This document shows, one piece after another, positions 11,506 to 25,134 of a stretch of DNA of 64,000 nucleotides. The translations under genes and the position numbers were made by a program. Below the pieces are notes generated by a model. The model was not told the origin of the DNA and made no database searches. It saw only the letters and a list, made by a program, of their open reading frames with translations. The stretch is from Eledone cirrhosa (Eukaryota): contig OZ024741.1 in the NCBI GenBank assembly GCA_964016885.1, positions 307,892,001 through 307,956,000 of the forward strand, written 5' to 3'. Numbering within the stretch: position 1 is the stretch's first letter; each line of letters opens with the position of its first letter.

Positions 11506-14500
11506 TTTTTAAAAAAATATTTTCTTATTTTACGTCCTTTATATTATTGTTCTGCATTCTCCTGCATTGAACCACCTAGGTACTATGACATAACCTGTGT
11601 ATTTGCTGGCATGGGCGTGCATCTGTGCGCTTATGTTAGTTGATATATTAAATTATCTATATTTATCTCCAAATCACTGATTTGTCGAGCAAACTTGTCA
11701 AAACCACTTCTAAAAAAATTTTTTTTGGGGTGTTAGTAGGCGTCAGTCATCTTACCATCCCATTCCTTCTAACTAGCCTCTGTGTCACGTGATTGATTCT
11801 TTAGAATCGGCCATTTGACTTGAAGCAGTGAGAATTTCGGTACATAGAATCCAGTCCTCGCAAGCTGTTCGATCTACCGAATTATTATTATTTTTATATG
11901 AGCCGCCAGTGTCCGCGCATTGCCTGGAGACTTAACTGAGAATAGACTTCCTGATGACGCAATGAATTCTCGACAGTTGGATTACGTAACTGTCTTTATC
12001 CCATTGCAGAAACTAATTAGTTGGAGTGAAAATTTAAGTAAGAAAAAAAAATTTTTTTTAAATTTTTTTAAAAAAATATTTTCTTATTTTACGTCCTTTA
12101 TATTATTGTTCTGCATTCTCCTGCATTGAACCACCTAGGTACTATGACATAACCTGTGTATTTGCTGGCATGGGCGTGCATCTGTGCGCTTATGTTAGTT
12201 GATATATTAAATTATCTATATTTATCTCCAAATCACTGATTTGTCGAGCAAACTTGTCAAAACCACTTCTAAAAAAATTTTTTTTGGGGTGTTAGTAGGC
12301 GTCAGTCATCTTACCATCCCATTCCTTCTAACTAGCCTCTGTGTCACGTGATTGATTCTTTAGAATCGGCCATTTGACTTGAAGCAGTGAGAATTTCGGT
12401 ACATAGAATCCAGTCCTCGCAAGCTGTTCGATCTACCGAATTATTATTATTTTTATATGAGCCGCCAGTGTCCGCGCATTGCCTGGAGACTTAACTGAGA
12501 ATAGACTTCCTGATGACGCAATGAATTCTCGACAGTTGGATTACGTAACTGTCTTTATCCCATTGCAGAAACTAATTAGTTGGAGTGAAAATTTAAGTAA
12601 GAAAAAAATTTTTTTTAAATTTTTTTAAAAAAATATTTTCTTATTTTACGTCCTTTATATTATTGTTCTGCATTCTCCTGCATTGAACCACCTAGGTACT
12701 ATGACATAACCTGTGTATTTGCTGGCATGGGCGTGCATCTGTGCGCTTATGTTAGTTGATATATTAAATTATCTATATTTATCTCCAAATCACTGATTTG
12801 TCGAGCAAACTTGTCAAAACCACTTCTAAAAAAATTTTTTTTGGGGTGTTAGTAGGCGTCAGTCATCTTACCATCCCATTCCTTCTAACTAGCCTCTGTG
12901 TCACGTGATTGATTCTTTAGAATCGGCCATTTGACTTGAAGCAGTGAGAATTTCGGTACATAGAATCCAGTCCTCGCAAGCTGTTCGATCTACCGAATTA
13001 TTATTATTTTTATATGAGCCGCCAGTGTCCGCGCATTGCCTGGAGACTTAACTGAGAATAGACTTCCTGATGACGCAATGAATTCTCGACAGTTGGATTA
13101 CGTAACTGTCTTTATCCCATTGCAGAAACTAATTAGTTGGAGTGAAAATTTAAGTAAGAAAAAAAAATTTTTTTTAAATTTTTTTAAAAAAATATTTTCT
13201 TATTTTACGTCCTTTATATTATTGTTCTGCATTCTCCTGCATTGAACCACCTAGGTACTATGACATAACCTGTGTATTTGCTGGCATGGGCGTGCATCTG
13301 TGCGCTTATGTTAGTTGATATATTAAATTATCTATATTTATCTCCAAATCACTGATTTGTCGAGCAAACTTGTCAAAACCACTTCTAAAAAAATTTTTTT
13401 TGGGGTGTTAGTAGGCGTCAGTCATCTTACCATCCCATTCCTTCTAACTAGCCTCTGTGTCACGTGATTGATTCTTTAGAATCGGCCATTTGACTTGAAG
13501 CAGTGAGAATTTCGGTACATAGAATCCAGTCCTCGCAAGCTGTTCGATCTACCGAATTATTATTATTTTTATATGAGCCGCCAGTGTCCGCGCATTGCCT
13601 GGAGACTTAACTGAGAATAGACTTCCTGATGACGCAATGAATTCTCGACAGTTGGATTACGTAACTGTCTTTATCCCATTGCAGAAACTAATTAGTTGGA
13701 GTGAAAATTTAAGTAAGAAAAAAATTTTTTTTAAATTTTTTTAAAAAAATATTTTCTTATTTTACGTCCTTTATATTATTGTTCTGCATTCTCCTGCATT
13801 GAACCACCTAGGTACTATGACATAACCTGTGTATTTGCTGGCATGGGCGTGCATCTGTGCGCTTATGTTAGTTGATATATTAAATTATCTATATTTATCT
13901 CCAAATCACTGATTTGTCGAGCAAACTTGTCAAAACCACTTCTAAAAAAATTTTTTTTGGGGTGTTAGTAGGCGTCAGTCATCTTACCATCCCATTCCTT
14001 CTAACTAGCCTCTGTGTCACGTGATTGATTCTTTAGAATCGGCCATTTGACTTGAAGCAGTGAGAATTTCGGTACATAGAATCCAGTCCTCGCAAGCTGT
14101 TCGATCTACCGAATTATTATTATTTTTATATGAGCCGCCAGTGTCCGCGCATTGCCTGGAGACTTAACTGAGAATAGACTTCCTGATGACGCAATGAATT
14201 CTCGACAGTTGGATTACGTAACTGTCTTTATCCCATTGCAGAAACTAATTAGTTGGAGTGAAAATTTAAGTAAGAAAAAAAAATTTTTTTTAAATTTTTT
14301 TAAAAAAATATTTTCTTATTTTACGTCCTTTATATTATTGTTCTGCATTCTCCTGCATTGAACCACCTAGGTACTATGACATAACCTGTGTATTTGCTGG
14401 CATGGGCGTGCATCTGTGCGCTTATGTTAGTTGATATATTAAATTATCTATATTTATCTCCAAATCACTGATTTGTCGAGCAAACTTGTCAAAACCACTT

Positions 14501-17500
14501 CTAAAAAAATTTTTTTTGGGGTGTTAGTAGGCGTCAGTCATCTTACCATCCCATTCCTTCTAACTAGCCTCTGTGTCACGTGATTGATTCTTTAGAATCG
14601 GCCATTTGACTTGAAGCAGTGAGAATTTCGGTACATAGAATCCAGTCCTCGCAAGCTGTTCGATCTACCGAATTATTATTATTTTTATATGAGCCGCCAG
14701 TGTCCGCGCATTGCCTGGAGACTTAACTGAGAATAGACTTCCTGATGACGCAATGAATTCTCGACAGTTGGATTACGTAACTGTCTTTATCCCATTGCAG
14801 AAACTAATTAGTTGGAGTGAAAATTTAAGTAAGAAAAAAATTTTTTTTAAATTTTTTTAAAAAAATATTTTCTTATTTTACGTCCTTTATATTATTGTTC
14901 TGCATTCTCCTGCATTGAACCACCTAGGTACTATGACATAACCTGTGTATTTGCTGGCATGGGCGTGCATCTGTGCGCTTATGTTAGTTGATATATTAAA
15001 TTATCTATATTTATCTCCAAATCACTGATTTGTCGAGCAAACTTGTCAAAACCACTTCTAAAAAAATTTTTTTTGGGGTGTTAGTAGGCGTCAGTCATCT
15101 TACCATCCCATTCCTTCTAACTAGCCTCTGTGTCACGTGATTGATTCTTTAGAATCGGCCATTTGACTTGAAGCAGTGAGAATTTCGGTACATAGAATCC
15201 AGTCCTCGCAAGCTGTTCGATCTACCGAATTATTATTATTTTTATATGAGCCGCCAGTGTCCGCGCATTGCCTGGAGACTTAACTGAGAATAGACTTCCT
15301 GATGACGCAATGAATTCTCGACAGTTGGATTACGTAACTGTCTTTATCCCATTGCAGAAACTAATTAGTTGGAGTGAAAATTTAAGTAAGAAAAAAATTT
15401 TTTTTAAATTTTTTTAAAAAAATATTTTCTTATTTTACGTCCTTTATATTATTGTTCTGCATTCTCCTGCATTGAACCACCTAGGTACTATGACATAACC
15501 TGTGTATTTGCTGGCATGGGCGTGCATCTGTGCGCTTATGTTAGTTGATATATTAAATTATCTATATTTATCTCCAAATCACTGATTTGTCGAGCAAACT
15601 TGTCAAAACCACTTCTAAAAAAATTTTTTTTGGGGTGTTAGTAGGCGTCAGTCATCTTACCATCCCATTCCTTCTAACTAGCCTCTGTGTCACGTGATTG
15701 ATTCTTTAGAATCGGCCATTTGACTTGAAGCAGTGAGAATTTCGGTACATAGAATCCAGTCCTCGCAAGCTGTTCGATCTACCGAATTATTATTATTTTT
15801 ATATGAGCCGCCAGTGTCCGCGCATTGCCTGGAGACTTAACTGAGAATAGACTTCCTGATGACGCAATGAATTCTCGACAGTTGGATTACGTAACTGTCT
15901 TTATCCCATTGCAGAAACTAATTAGTTGGAGTGAAAATTTAAGTAAGAAAAAAATTTTTTTTAAATTTTTTTAAAAAAATATTTTCTTATTTTACGTCCT
16001 TTATATTATTGTTCTGCATTCTCCTGCATTGAACCACCTAGGTACTATGACATAACCTGTGTATTTGCTGGCATGGGCGTGCATCTGTGCGCTTATGTTA
16101 GTTGATATATTAAATTATCTATATTTATCTCCAAATCACTGATTTGTCGAGCAAACTTGTCAAAACCACTTCTAAAAAAATTTTTTTTGGGGTGTTAGTA
16201 GGCGTCAGTCATCTTACCATCCCATTCCTTCTAACTAGCCTCTGTGTCACGTGATTGATTCTTTAGAATCGGCCATTTGACTTGAAGCAGTGAGAATTTC
16301 GGTACATAGAATCCAGTCCTCGCAAGCTGTTCGATCTACCGAATTATTATTATTTTTATATGAGCCGCCAGTGTCCGCGCATTGCCTGGAGACTTAACTG
16401 AGAATAGACTTCCTGATGACGCAATGAATTCTCGACAGTTGGATTACGTAACTGTCTTTATCCCATTGCAGAAACTAATTAGTTGGAGTGAAAATTTAAG
16501 TAAGAAAAAAATTTTTTTTAAATTTTTTTAAAAAAATATTTTCTTATTTTACGTCCTTTATATTATTGTTCTGCATTCTCCTGCATTGAACCACCTAGGT
16601 ACTATGACATAACCTGTGTATTTGCTGGCATGGGCGTGCATCTGTGCGCTTATGTTAGTTGATATATTAAATTATCTATATTTATCTCCAAATCACTGAT
16701 TTGTCGAGCAAACTTGTCAAAACCACTTCTAAAAAAATTTTTTTTGGGGTGTTAGTAGGCGTCAGTCATCTTACCATCCCATTCCTTCTAACTAGCCTCT
16801 GTGTCACGTGATTGATTCTTTAGAATCGGCCATTTGACTTGAAGCAGTGAGAATTTCGGTACATAGAATCCAGTCCTCGCAAGCTGTTCGATCTACCGAA
16901 TTATTATTATTTTTATATGAGCCGCCAGTGTCCGCGCATTGCCTGGAGACTTAACTGAGAATAGACTTCCTGATGACGCAATGAATTCTCGACAGTTGGA
17001 TTACGTAACTGTCTTTATCCCATTGCAGAAACTAATTAGTTGGAGTGAAAATTTAAGTAAGAAAAAAATTTTTTTTAAATTTTTTTAAAAAAATATTTTC
17101 TTATTTTACGTCCTTTATATTATTGTTCTGCATTCTCCTGCATTGAACCACCTAGGTACTATGACATAACCTGTGTATTTGCTGGCATGGGCGTGCATCT
17201 GTGCGCTTATGTTAGTTGATATATTAAATTATCTATATTTATCTCCAAATCACTGATTTGTCGAGCAAACTTGTCAAAACCACTTCTAAAAAAATTTCTT
17301 TTGGGGTGTTAGTAGGCGTCAGTCATCTTACCATCCCATTCCTTCTAACTAGCCTCTGTGTCACGTGATTGATTCTTTAGAATCGGCCATTTGACTTGAA
17401 GCAGTGAGAATTTCGGTACATAGAATCCAGTCCTCGCAAGCTGTTCGATCTACCGAATTATTATTATTTTTATATGAGCCGCCAGTGTCCGCGCATTGCC

Positions 17501-17669
17501 TGGAGACTTAACTGAGAATAGACTTCCTGATGACGCAATGAATTCTCGACAGTTGGATTACGTAACTGTCTTTATCCCATTGCAGAAACTAATTAGTTGG
17601 AGTGAAAATTTAAGTAAGAAAAAAATTTTTTTTAAATTTTTTTAAAAAAATATTTTCTTATTTTACGTC

Positions 17670-17677
<8 letters not shown>
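11506..17677 (+). repeat. Tandem array of 11 x 557/559-bp hammerhead-containing units (retrozyme-like)
   Basis: CTGATGA cores at 11951, 12510, 13067, 13626, 14183, 14742, 15299, 15856, 16413, 16970 and 17527. Units appear identical except an A9/A7 tract and one T>C at 17298. Flanked by short TA on the left and (TA)n on the right. Confidence 0.97.
11930..12039 (+). ncRNA. Type I hammerhead ribozyme, first of 11 copies
   Basis: Stem I ACTTC(11946-50)/GGAGT(12023-27) with distal ACTTAA(11930-35)/TTAAGT(12034-39). Core CTGATGA. Stem II GCAATG/CATTGC plus GACAGTT/AACTGTC. GAAA at 12009. Palindromic stem III AACTAATTAGTT. GUU triplet, predicted cut after 12022. Confidence 0.88.
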
Positions 17678-17709
<32 letters not shown>

Positions 17710-19058
17710 CGAAGATAGACATAGAATATTCGAAAATATTCTGTATGTTTATAATAAACATTTTGAAGACCTAATCGCTATAGAATAGAATACGTCACGT
17801 ATTACAATTAGATTCTCGATAAAAGCAAGGGAAGTAACCTACGCGTTTCATTCTTATTAGAAATCTTCAGGATTACATATCCAGTGCTTTTATCGAGAAT
17901 GACACAGCTAGAGACTTATAGAATACTTAGCTGTGTACAGGAACTGGTTTGAAAGAGCGGTTGCCGGTCCGGCAGAAATTAGAAATTGGAATAAATGCTC
18001 TGAAATAGCGATATATATGTGAAGATAGACATAGAATATTCGAAAATATTCTGTATGTTTATAATAAACATTTTGAAGACCTAATCGCTATAGAATAGAA
18101 TACGTCACGTATTACAATTAGATTCTCGATAAAAGCAAGGGAAGTAACCTACGCGTTTCATTCTTATTAGAAATCTTCAGGATTACATATCCAGTGCTTT
18201 TATCGAGAATGACACAGCTATAAAAGCACTGGATATGTAATCCTGAAGATTTCTAATAAGAATGAAACGCGTAGGTTACTTCCCTTGCTTTTATCGAGAA
18301 TCTAATTGTAATACGTGACGTATTCTATTCTATAGCGATTAGGTCTTCAAAATGTTTATTATAAACATACAGAATATTTTCGAATATTCTATGTCTATCT
18401 TCACATATATATCGCTATTTCAGAGCATTTATTCCAATTTCTAATTTCTGCCGGACCGGCAACCGCTCTTTCAAACCAGTTCCTGTACACAGCTAAGTAT
18501 TCTATAAGTCTCTAGCTGTGTCATTCTCGATAAAAGCACTGGATATGTAATCCTGAAGATTTCCAATAAGAATGAAACGCGTAGGTTACTTCCCTTGCTT
18601 TTATCGAGAATCTAATTGTAATACGTGACGTATTCTATTCTATAGCGATTAGGTCTTCAAAATGTTTATTATAAACATACAGAATATTTTCGAATATTCT
18701 ATGTCTATCTTCACATATATATCGCTATTTCAGGGCATTTATTCCAATTTCTAATTTCTGCCGGACCGGCAACCGCTCTTTCAAACCAGTTCCTGTACAC
18801 AGCTAAGTATTCTATAAGTCTCTAGCTGTGTCATTCTCGATAAAAGCACTGGATATATAATCCTGAAGATTTCTAATAAGAATGAAACGCGTAGGTTACT
18901 TCCCTTGCTTTTATCGAGAATCTAATTGTAATACGTGACGTATTCTATTCTATAGCGATTAGGTCTTCAAAATGTTTATTATAAACATACAGAATATTTT
19001 CGAATATTCTATGTCTATCTTCACATATATATCGCTATTTCAGAGCATTTATTCCAAT
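17710..19058. repeat. 310-bp hammerhead tandem repeat in both orientations (retrozyme-like family D)
   Basis: Minus-strand cores (tcttcag) at 17864 and 18174. Inversion point ~18219/18220. Plus-strand CTGAAGA at 18243, 18553 and 18863 (period 310). (TA)n on both sides. Confidence 0.95.
18237..18279 (+). ncRNA. Type I hammerhead ribozyme (family D representative)
   Basis: GTAATC-CTGAAGA-t-TTCT-aata-AGAA-t-GAAA-CGCG-TA-GGTTAC. In full units stem I is extended by ttctcgataaaagca/tgcttttatcgagaa. GUA triplet. Confidence 0.9.
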
Positions 19059-19064
19059 ATATAT

Positions 19065-19310
19065 ATTAGTTTTGCGAGGTTTTTTATATGAAATCGTGTG
19101 TCGAAACAGATATTGTTATATTTGGGGAGGGTCATATTTGCGTAATATTGCCAGAATTAATAACAGAACACACTCACTGTTTGGTTGGTTTTCGCTTCTC
19201 GCTGTCTTTTATATATATATATCTGCGATCTAACTTACTCCAAACAGTGAGTGTGTTCTGTTATTAATTCTGGCAATATTACGCAAATATGACCCTCCCC
19301 AAATATAACA

Positions 19311-19312
<2 letters not shown>
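19065..19312. mobile_element. PLE family A terminal fragment, fold-back
   Basis: gttttgcgagg...gggagggtcatatttg followed by its inverted copy ending atgaccctccccaaatataacaat(at)n. Confidence 0.85.
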
Positions 19313-19348
<36 letters not shown>

Positions 19349-19422
19349 ATGTATATATATATACATATATATATATAGTGACGAAACATAAGTCAATTGC
19401 ATGAACTCATAATCCTTTATTT

Positions 19423-19478
19423 ACTGCTATATATATTTCGATGATAGCCATTGAATGGCTATGACCTCATCAGGCAGT
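19423..19478 (-). ncRNA. Type I hammerhead ribozyme (family C)
   Basis: ACTGC-CTGATGA-ggtcATAGCCATTcAATGGCTATcatc-GAAA-tatata-TA-GCAGT. Confidence 0.8.
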
Positions 19479-21108
19479 TAGTCAGTTCTTAGATATGCCA
19501 GCTATGTGTTTATAGTGTCGATGGTATCAGAGCCTTGGGACATATGAGCTTGTTAGGAATAATTTAATGTTGTCAACAGCAATACTCTTGATTCACATTG
19601 GTCAGTTTGTAGATGATAGTGGGTTTGGTTTTGACCTCAAAGAGGCAGGTGGTTTTGTAAAGTTCAAACCGCCAGGCAAGATGACAATAGTTCCATATGA
19701 CTGATTTTCACAAAAGGCATTTAAGGTTAATAGTATGAAATAGATACTACAGGTCATTCTTAAATTGAGGAATTTATGTGGAGTGGTGCTACTGAAATTT
19801 ATGGTTGGAGTAGAACATTTACAAATAAAAAGACTTATGTTGGTTGGCTTGCACTACACTCACACCCACCTCCACAGACACACACACACATCCACACATA
19901 CAAAATGTGGGGTGGTAATACTTAATATAATGGTTAGAGTCCAATACTTAGATAGTTTAGAAAAATTTAGAAATAAAAGGTTTATGCTGGTTCACTTGTA
20001 CATACACTCACACCTACCCCCTCAAATACTCACACATCTACACACACAAATCCATACAGGCGTGTATATATATACATTTGTATGCATGCCCGTACGCACA
20101 AGTATAGACATATATATATATATAAAATATATATATATACACAGAACATACATATATATAAAATATATACATACAAAAATATAAAAAATATATATATACA
20201 TAAAATACCCACATACACAATATACATACACACATAAAACATACATACATACACACATATAAAATACACATACACATACATATAAAATATATACATACAC
20301 AGACATACATATATATAAAATACACATATATACACATATAAAATATATATACATATACACATGACATATATATACATATATATATAAAATCATGTTCAAT
20401 AAAACGTGGTTTAGATGACCCCTAACCGGTAGAGGATCCGGTGGACCATCCACCATAGGGACCACAAACTATGGGTGGTTGTTGTTGTCCATTGGTCATT
20501 GGTACGGAGTGTAGGGAACCGACAGGGGGGGGGGGAGGGGCTTGTGGGGGCCGTAACTGTGTTTTATCCATATAGCTTGAGGAAAGTTCCCGTCCTTAGT
20601 CTGCAGGCACCGAATAAGTCAGCCCTTCATCTAAACCACGTTTTATTGAACATGATTTTATATATATATGTATATATATGTCATGTGTATATGTATATAT
20701 ATTTTATGTATATATGTGTATTTTATATATATGTATGTATGTGTATGTATATATTTTATATGTATGTGTATGTGTATTTTATATGTGTGTATGTATGTAT
20801 GTTTTATGTGTGTATGTATATTGTGTATGTGTGTATTTTATGTATATATATATTTTTTGTATTTTTGTATGTATATATTTTATATATATGTATGTTCTGT
20901 GTATATATATATATTATATATATATATATATATATAAAGAAAAAGAGATGAAATCGAAAATGCAACTGGAGTCTTATTTTTTTTTTAAATAAAAATAAAA
21001 AATAAAAAGTAAGACTCCAGTTGCATTTTCGATTTGATCGCTTTTTCTTTATACTTTCACTCGTGTAGGACACCTCGGTTATTTTTCATTTTGTAAAAAA
21101 AACCTCAC

Positions 21109-21140
<32 letters not shown>

Positions 21141-21319
21141 GTGTATACTTGTGCGTACGGGCATCCATACATATGTATATATACACACCTGTATGAATTT
21201 GTGTGTGTAGATGTGTGAGTGTTTGAGGGGGTAGGTGTGAGTGTATGTACAAGTGAACCAGCATAAACCTTTTATTTCTAAATTTTTCTAAACTATCTTA
21301 GTATTGGACTCTAACCATT

Positions 21320-21402
21320 TTTCATCCTTACGGGGTCGATAAAATAAAGTACAAGTAAAGCACTGGGTAATTGCTGGCCTTGTGCCTAAAGTAGAAACAA
21401 TT
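21320..21402 (+). mobile_element. 5'-truncated SINE family 1 inserted in the right arm of family C
   Basis: The mirror arm (~19925-19935) lacks it. Confidence 0.85.
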
Positions 21403-21855
21403 ATATTAAGTATTACCACCCCACATTTTGTATGTGTGGATGTGTGTGTGTGTCTGTGGAGGTGGGTGTGAGTGTAGTGCAAGCCAACCTACATAAGTCT
21501 TTAAATTTGTAAATGTTCTACTCCAACCATAAATTTCAGTAGCACCACTCCACATAAATTCCTCAATTTAAGAATGACCTGTAGTATCTATTTCATACTA
21601 TTAACCTTAATTGAATGCCTTTTGTGAAAATCAGTCATATGGAACTATTGTCATCTTGCCTGGCGGTTTGAACTTTACAAAACCACCTGCCTCTTTGAGG
21701 TCAAAACCAACCCCACTATCATCTACAAACTGACCAATGAGAATCAAGAGTATTGCTGTTGACAACATTAAATTATTCCTAACAAGCTCATACGTCCCAA
21801 GGCTCTGATACCATCAAACTATAAACACAGAGCTGGCATATCTAAGAACTGACTA

Positions 21856-21911
21856 AATGCCTGATGAGGTCATAGACATTCAATGGCTATCATCGAAATA
21901 TATATAGCAGT
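21856..21911 (+). ncRNA. Type I hammerhead ribozyme (family C mirror copy)
   Basis: CTGATGA at 21861 ... GAAATATATATAGCAGT, with one stem I and one stem II mismatch. Confidence 0.7.
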
Positions 21912-22309
21912 AAACAAAGGATTATGAGTCCATGCAATTGACTTATGTTTCCTCACTATTATAACTCCGGAACTTATATTTTCGTTGAGTGCTCCCTATC
22001 CGCATACTGAAGTACTGGATTTTACCAACACTTACTTTCTTGGTTACATATAAATAAATGGACAGTCCTTGCGGCCGTCCATTTTAAATTTACTTTTGAG
22101 ACTCGAAACCGATTCGGTAAAGGTAACCATAGTGAGTACAATGAATTTTTTGAAATTTATTTTGAAACTTTTTCTTATTTGCTAAACCTTGATTATATAT
22201 GTTCTGGCTCGTTAATTTATTAACTAGTCATTGAACCACATTGGCATATGGTTGGACAATACATGTGTCCCTGGACGCTTTTTGCGTGTAGGGATATATA
22301 CTTTATTAT

Positions 22310-23418
<1,109 letters not shown>

Positions 23419-23907
23419 GAGAAGAAAGAAGAATACTGCGTGGTTGCACATGGGTTACATATGAAAAAATTAGTCCCTCGTCAGTGATTTGCCAACCATC
23501 ATTGATATTTCATCGCATTAAAAATCATATACCTCAGGTTGGTGCGAGCAATAACTAAAAAAAGCTATTGGGACAAGTAAATCGCGTAAAGCGAGTGAGA
23601 CAAGTAAACAACATATAAGTTTAAGGGCAAACCGAAGATAGGAAAATAAACAAGCAACATGGTTATCCGGTCAGCATAAGCTGGGTGGATTTCATGAGCG
23701 ATCAAGTTACAGACCGTCCGACGTGAATGAGATGTGAGCAAGAAAAGACTCCACTACTAGCCAAACGGGAGGAAGTGAGAAGGGGATAAACAGAGAGTGA
23801 GTGAGTGGAAGTGCAAGGAAGAGGTCAGTCGAGAGAAAGTGGAACTGACAGGGGGGGGGGCGAAAGAAGGTGAGAGAAACAGAGAGAACGGGGAAGCAGT
23901 ATGTATG

Positions 23908-23942
<35 letters not shown>

Positions 23943-24076
23943 GAAAAAGTATGACCCCGACGGCAGAGCTCAAGCCGTTTCATAAATATATATGTGTGTG
24001 TATTGAGTATATGCATATGCAGTGGCAAAAATATGTCTCCTTACGAATGAGGCAAATACATACGCATATATGTAAG

Positions 24077-24109
<33 letters not shown>

Positions 24110-24132
24110 TTACGTACATTTGTATATAAATA

Positions 24133-24180
<48 letters not shown>

Positions 24181-24203
24181 CGTACATTTGTATATAAATA
24201 TGC

Positions 24204-24243
<40 letters not shown>

Positions 24244-24249
<6 letters not shown>

Positions 24250-25134
24250 GATATAGATATCCCAGTAGTTACTAGGTACCCACGGAAATATATATGGTGT
24301 CTATAATAGTGGTTGTTCTATGGTACTAATTTGAGATACCAGAACTGTAAATATAAGCGGAACAAGTAAACATTAAACAATCTTTTAATTAAATTAAAAT
24401 ACGATTTAAATATTCACCTGTTCTAGTGCCATGACCGACGGTTTCGCTTATCAAAAGATTGGAAAGAGGGTGATATATCTACATCTATACGCACTTATGT
24501 CTAGTAGATATGGAAAAGCTATCTGAAGAGCTATATCTTTCCATTGGAAATTCTCTGAATTTCCAATCTTTTGATAAGCGAAACCGTCGGCCATGGCACT
24601 AGAAGAGGTAAATATTTAAATCGTATTTTAATTTATTTAAAAGATTGTTTAATGTTTACTTGCTCCGCTCATATTTACAGTTCTGGTATCTCAAATTAGT
24701 ACCATAGAACAACCACTATTATAGACACCATATATATTTCCGTGGGTACCTAGTACCTACTGTGATATCTATATCATTTATCTAATTCTTCTTAATGTAG
24801 AGGAAAAAAATGTTGTATCATGCTGCTATTTCTAGCAGCATGAAATATCAGCGAGTCTATAATTCCCGCTTTTTCTAACGGTTCAATAAGTGTGTGGGTC
24901 ATTTTAACGGCTTGGTTCATTCACTGGGCAGAGGGTGATATATCTACATCTATACGGACTTGTCTAGTAGATTTTGAAAAATTATCTGAAGAGCTATATC
25001 TTTCCATTGGAAATTCTCTGAATTTCCAATCTTTTGATAAGCGAAACCGTCGGTCATGGCACTAGAAGAGGTAAATATTTAAATCGTATTTTAATTTATT
25101 TAAAAGATTGTTTAATGTTTACTTGTTCCGCTCA

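Larger units (their letters stand above)
19376..21958. mobile_element. Penelope-like fold-back insertion (family C): 3' UTR arms with HHRs and ORF tip at the centre
   Basis: 19376-20418 mirrors 20626-21958, with SINE and hairpin insertions in the right arm. Minus strand ~20625-20563 translates RADLFGACRLRTGTFLKLYG*, similar to the C-terminus KSEAVSACKHKLQKTFLYY of the PLE at 58387. Confidence 0.8.

Noticed and set aside
11899-11950. Possible HDV-like ribozyme (gtg-tccgcg-cat) or opposite-polarity ribozyme in the 557 unit
   Set aside because: I could not build P1/P2, and there is no CUGANGA on the minus strand. No support for a two-ribozyme viroid-like genome.
11920-14361. Repeated 69-aa ORF in the array as a protein product
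   Set aside because: It starts at TTG, overlaps the ribozyme cut site, runs through homopolymers and exists only in the A9 units.
11506-19058. CRISPR array or rDNA/5S interpretation of the tandem repeats
   Set aside because: There are no unique spacers and no rRNA or tRNA similarity, and the context is eukaryotic.
23455-23500. CTGACGA on the minus strand
   Set aside because: No downstream stem II closure with GAAA.
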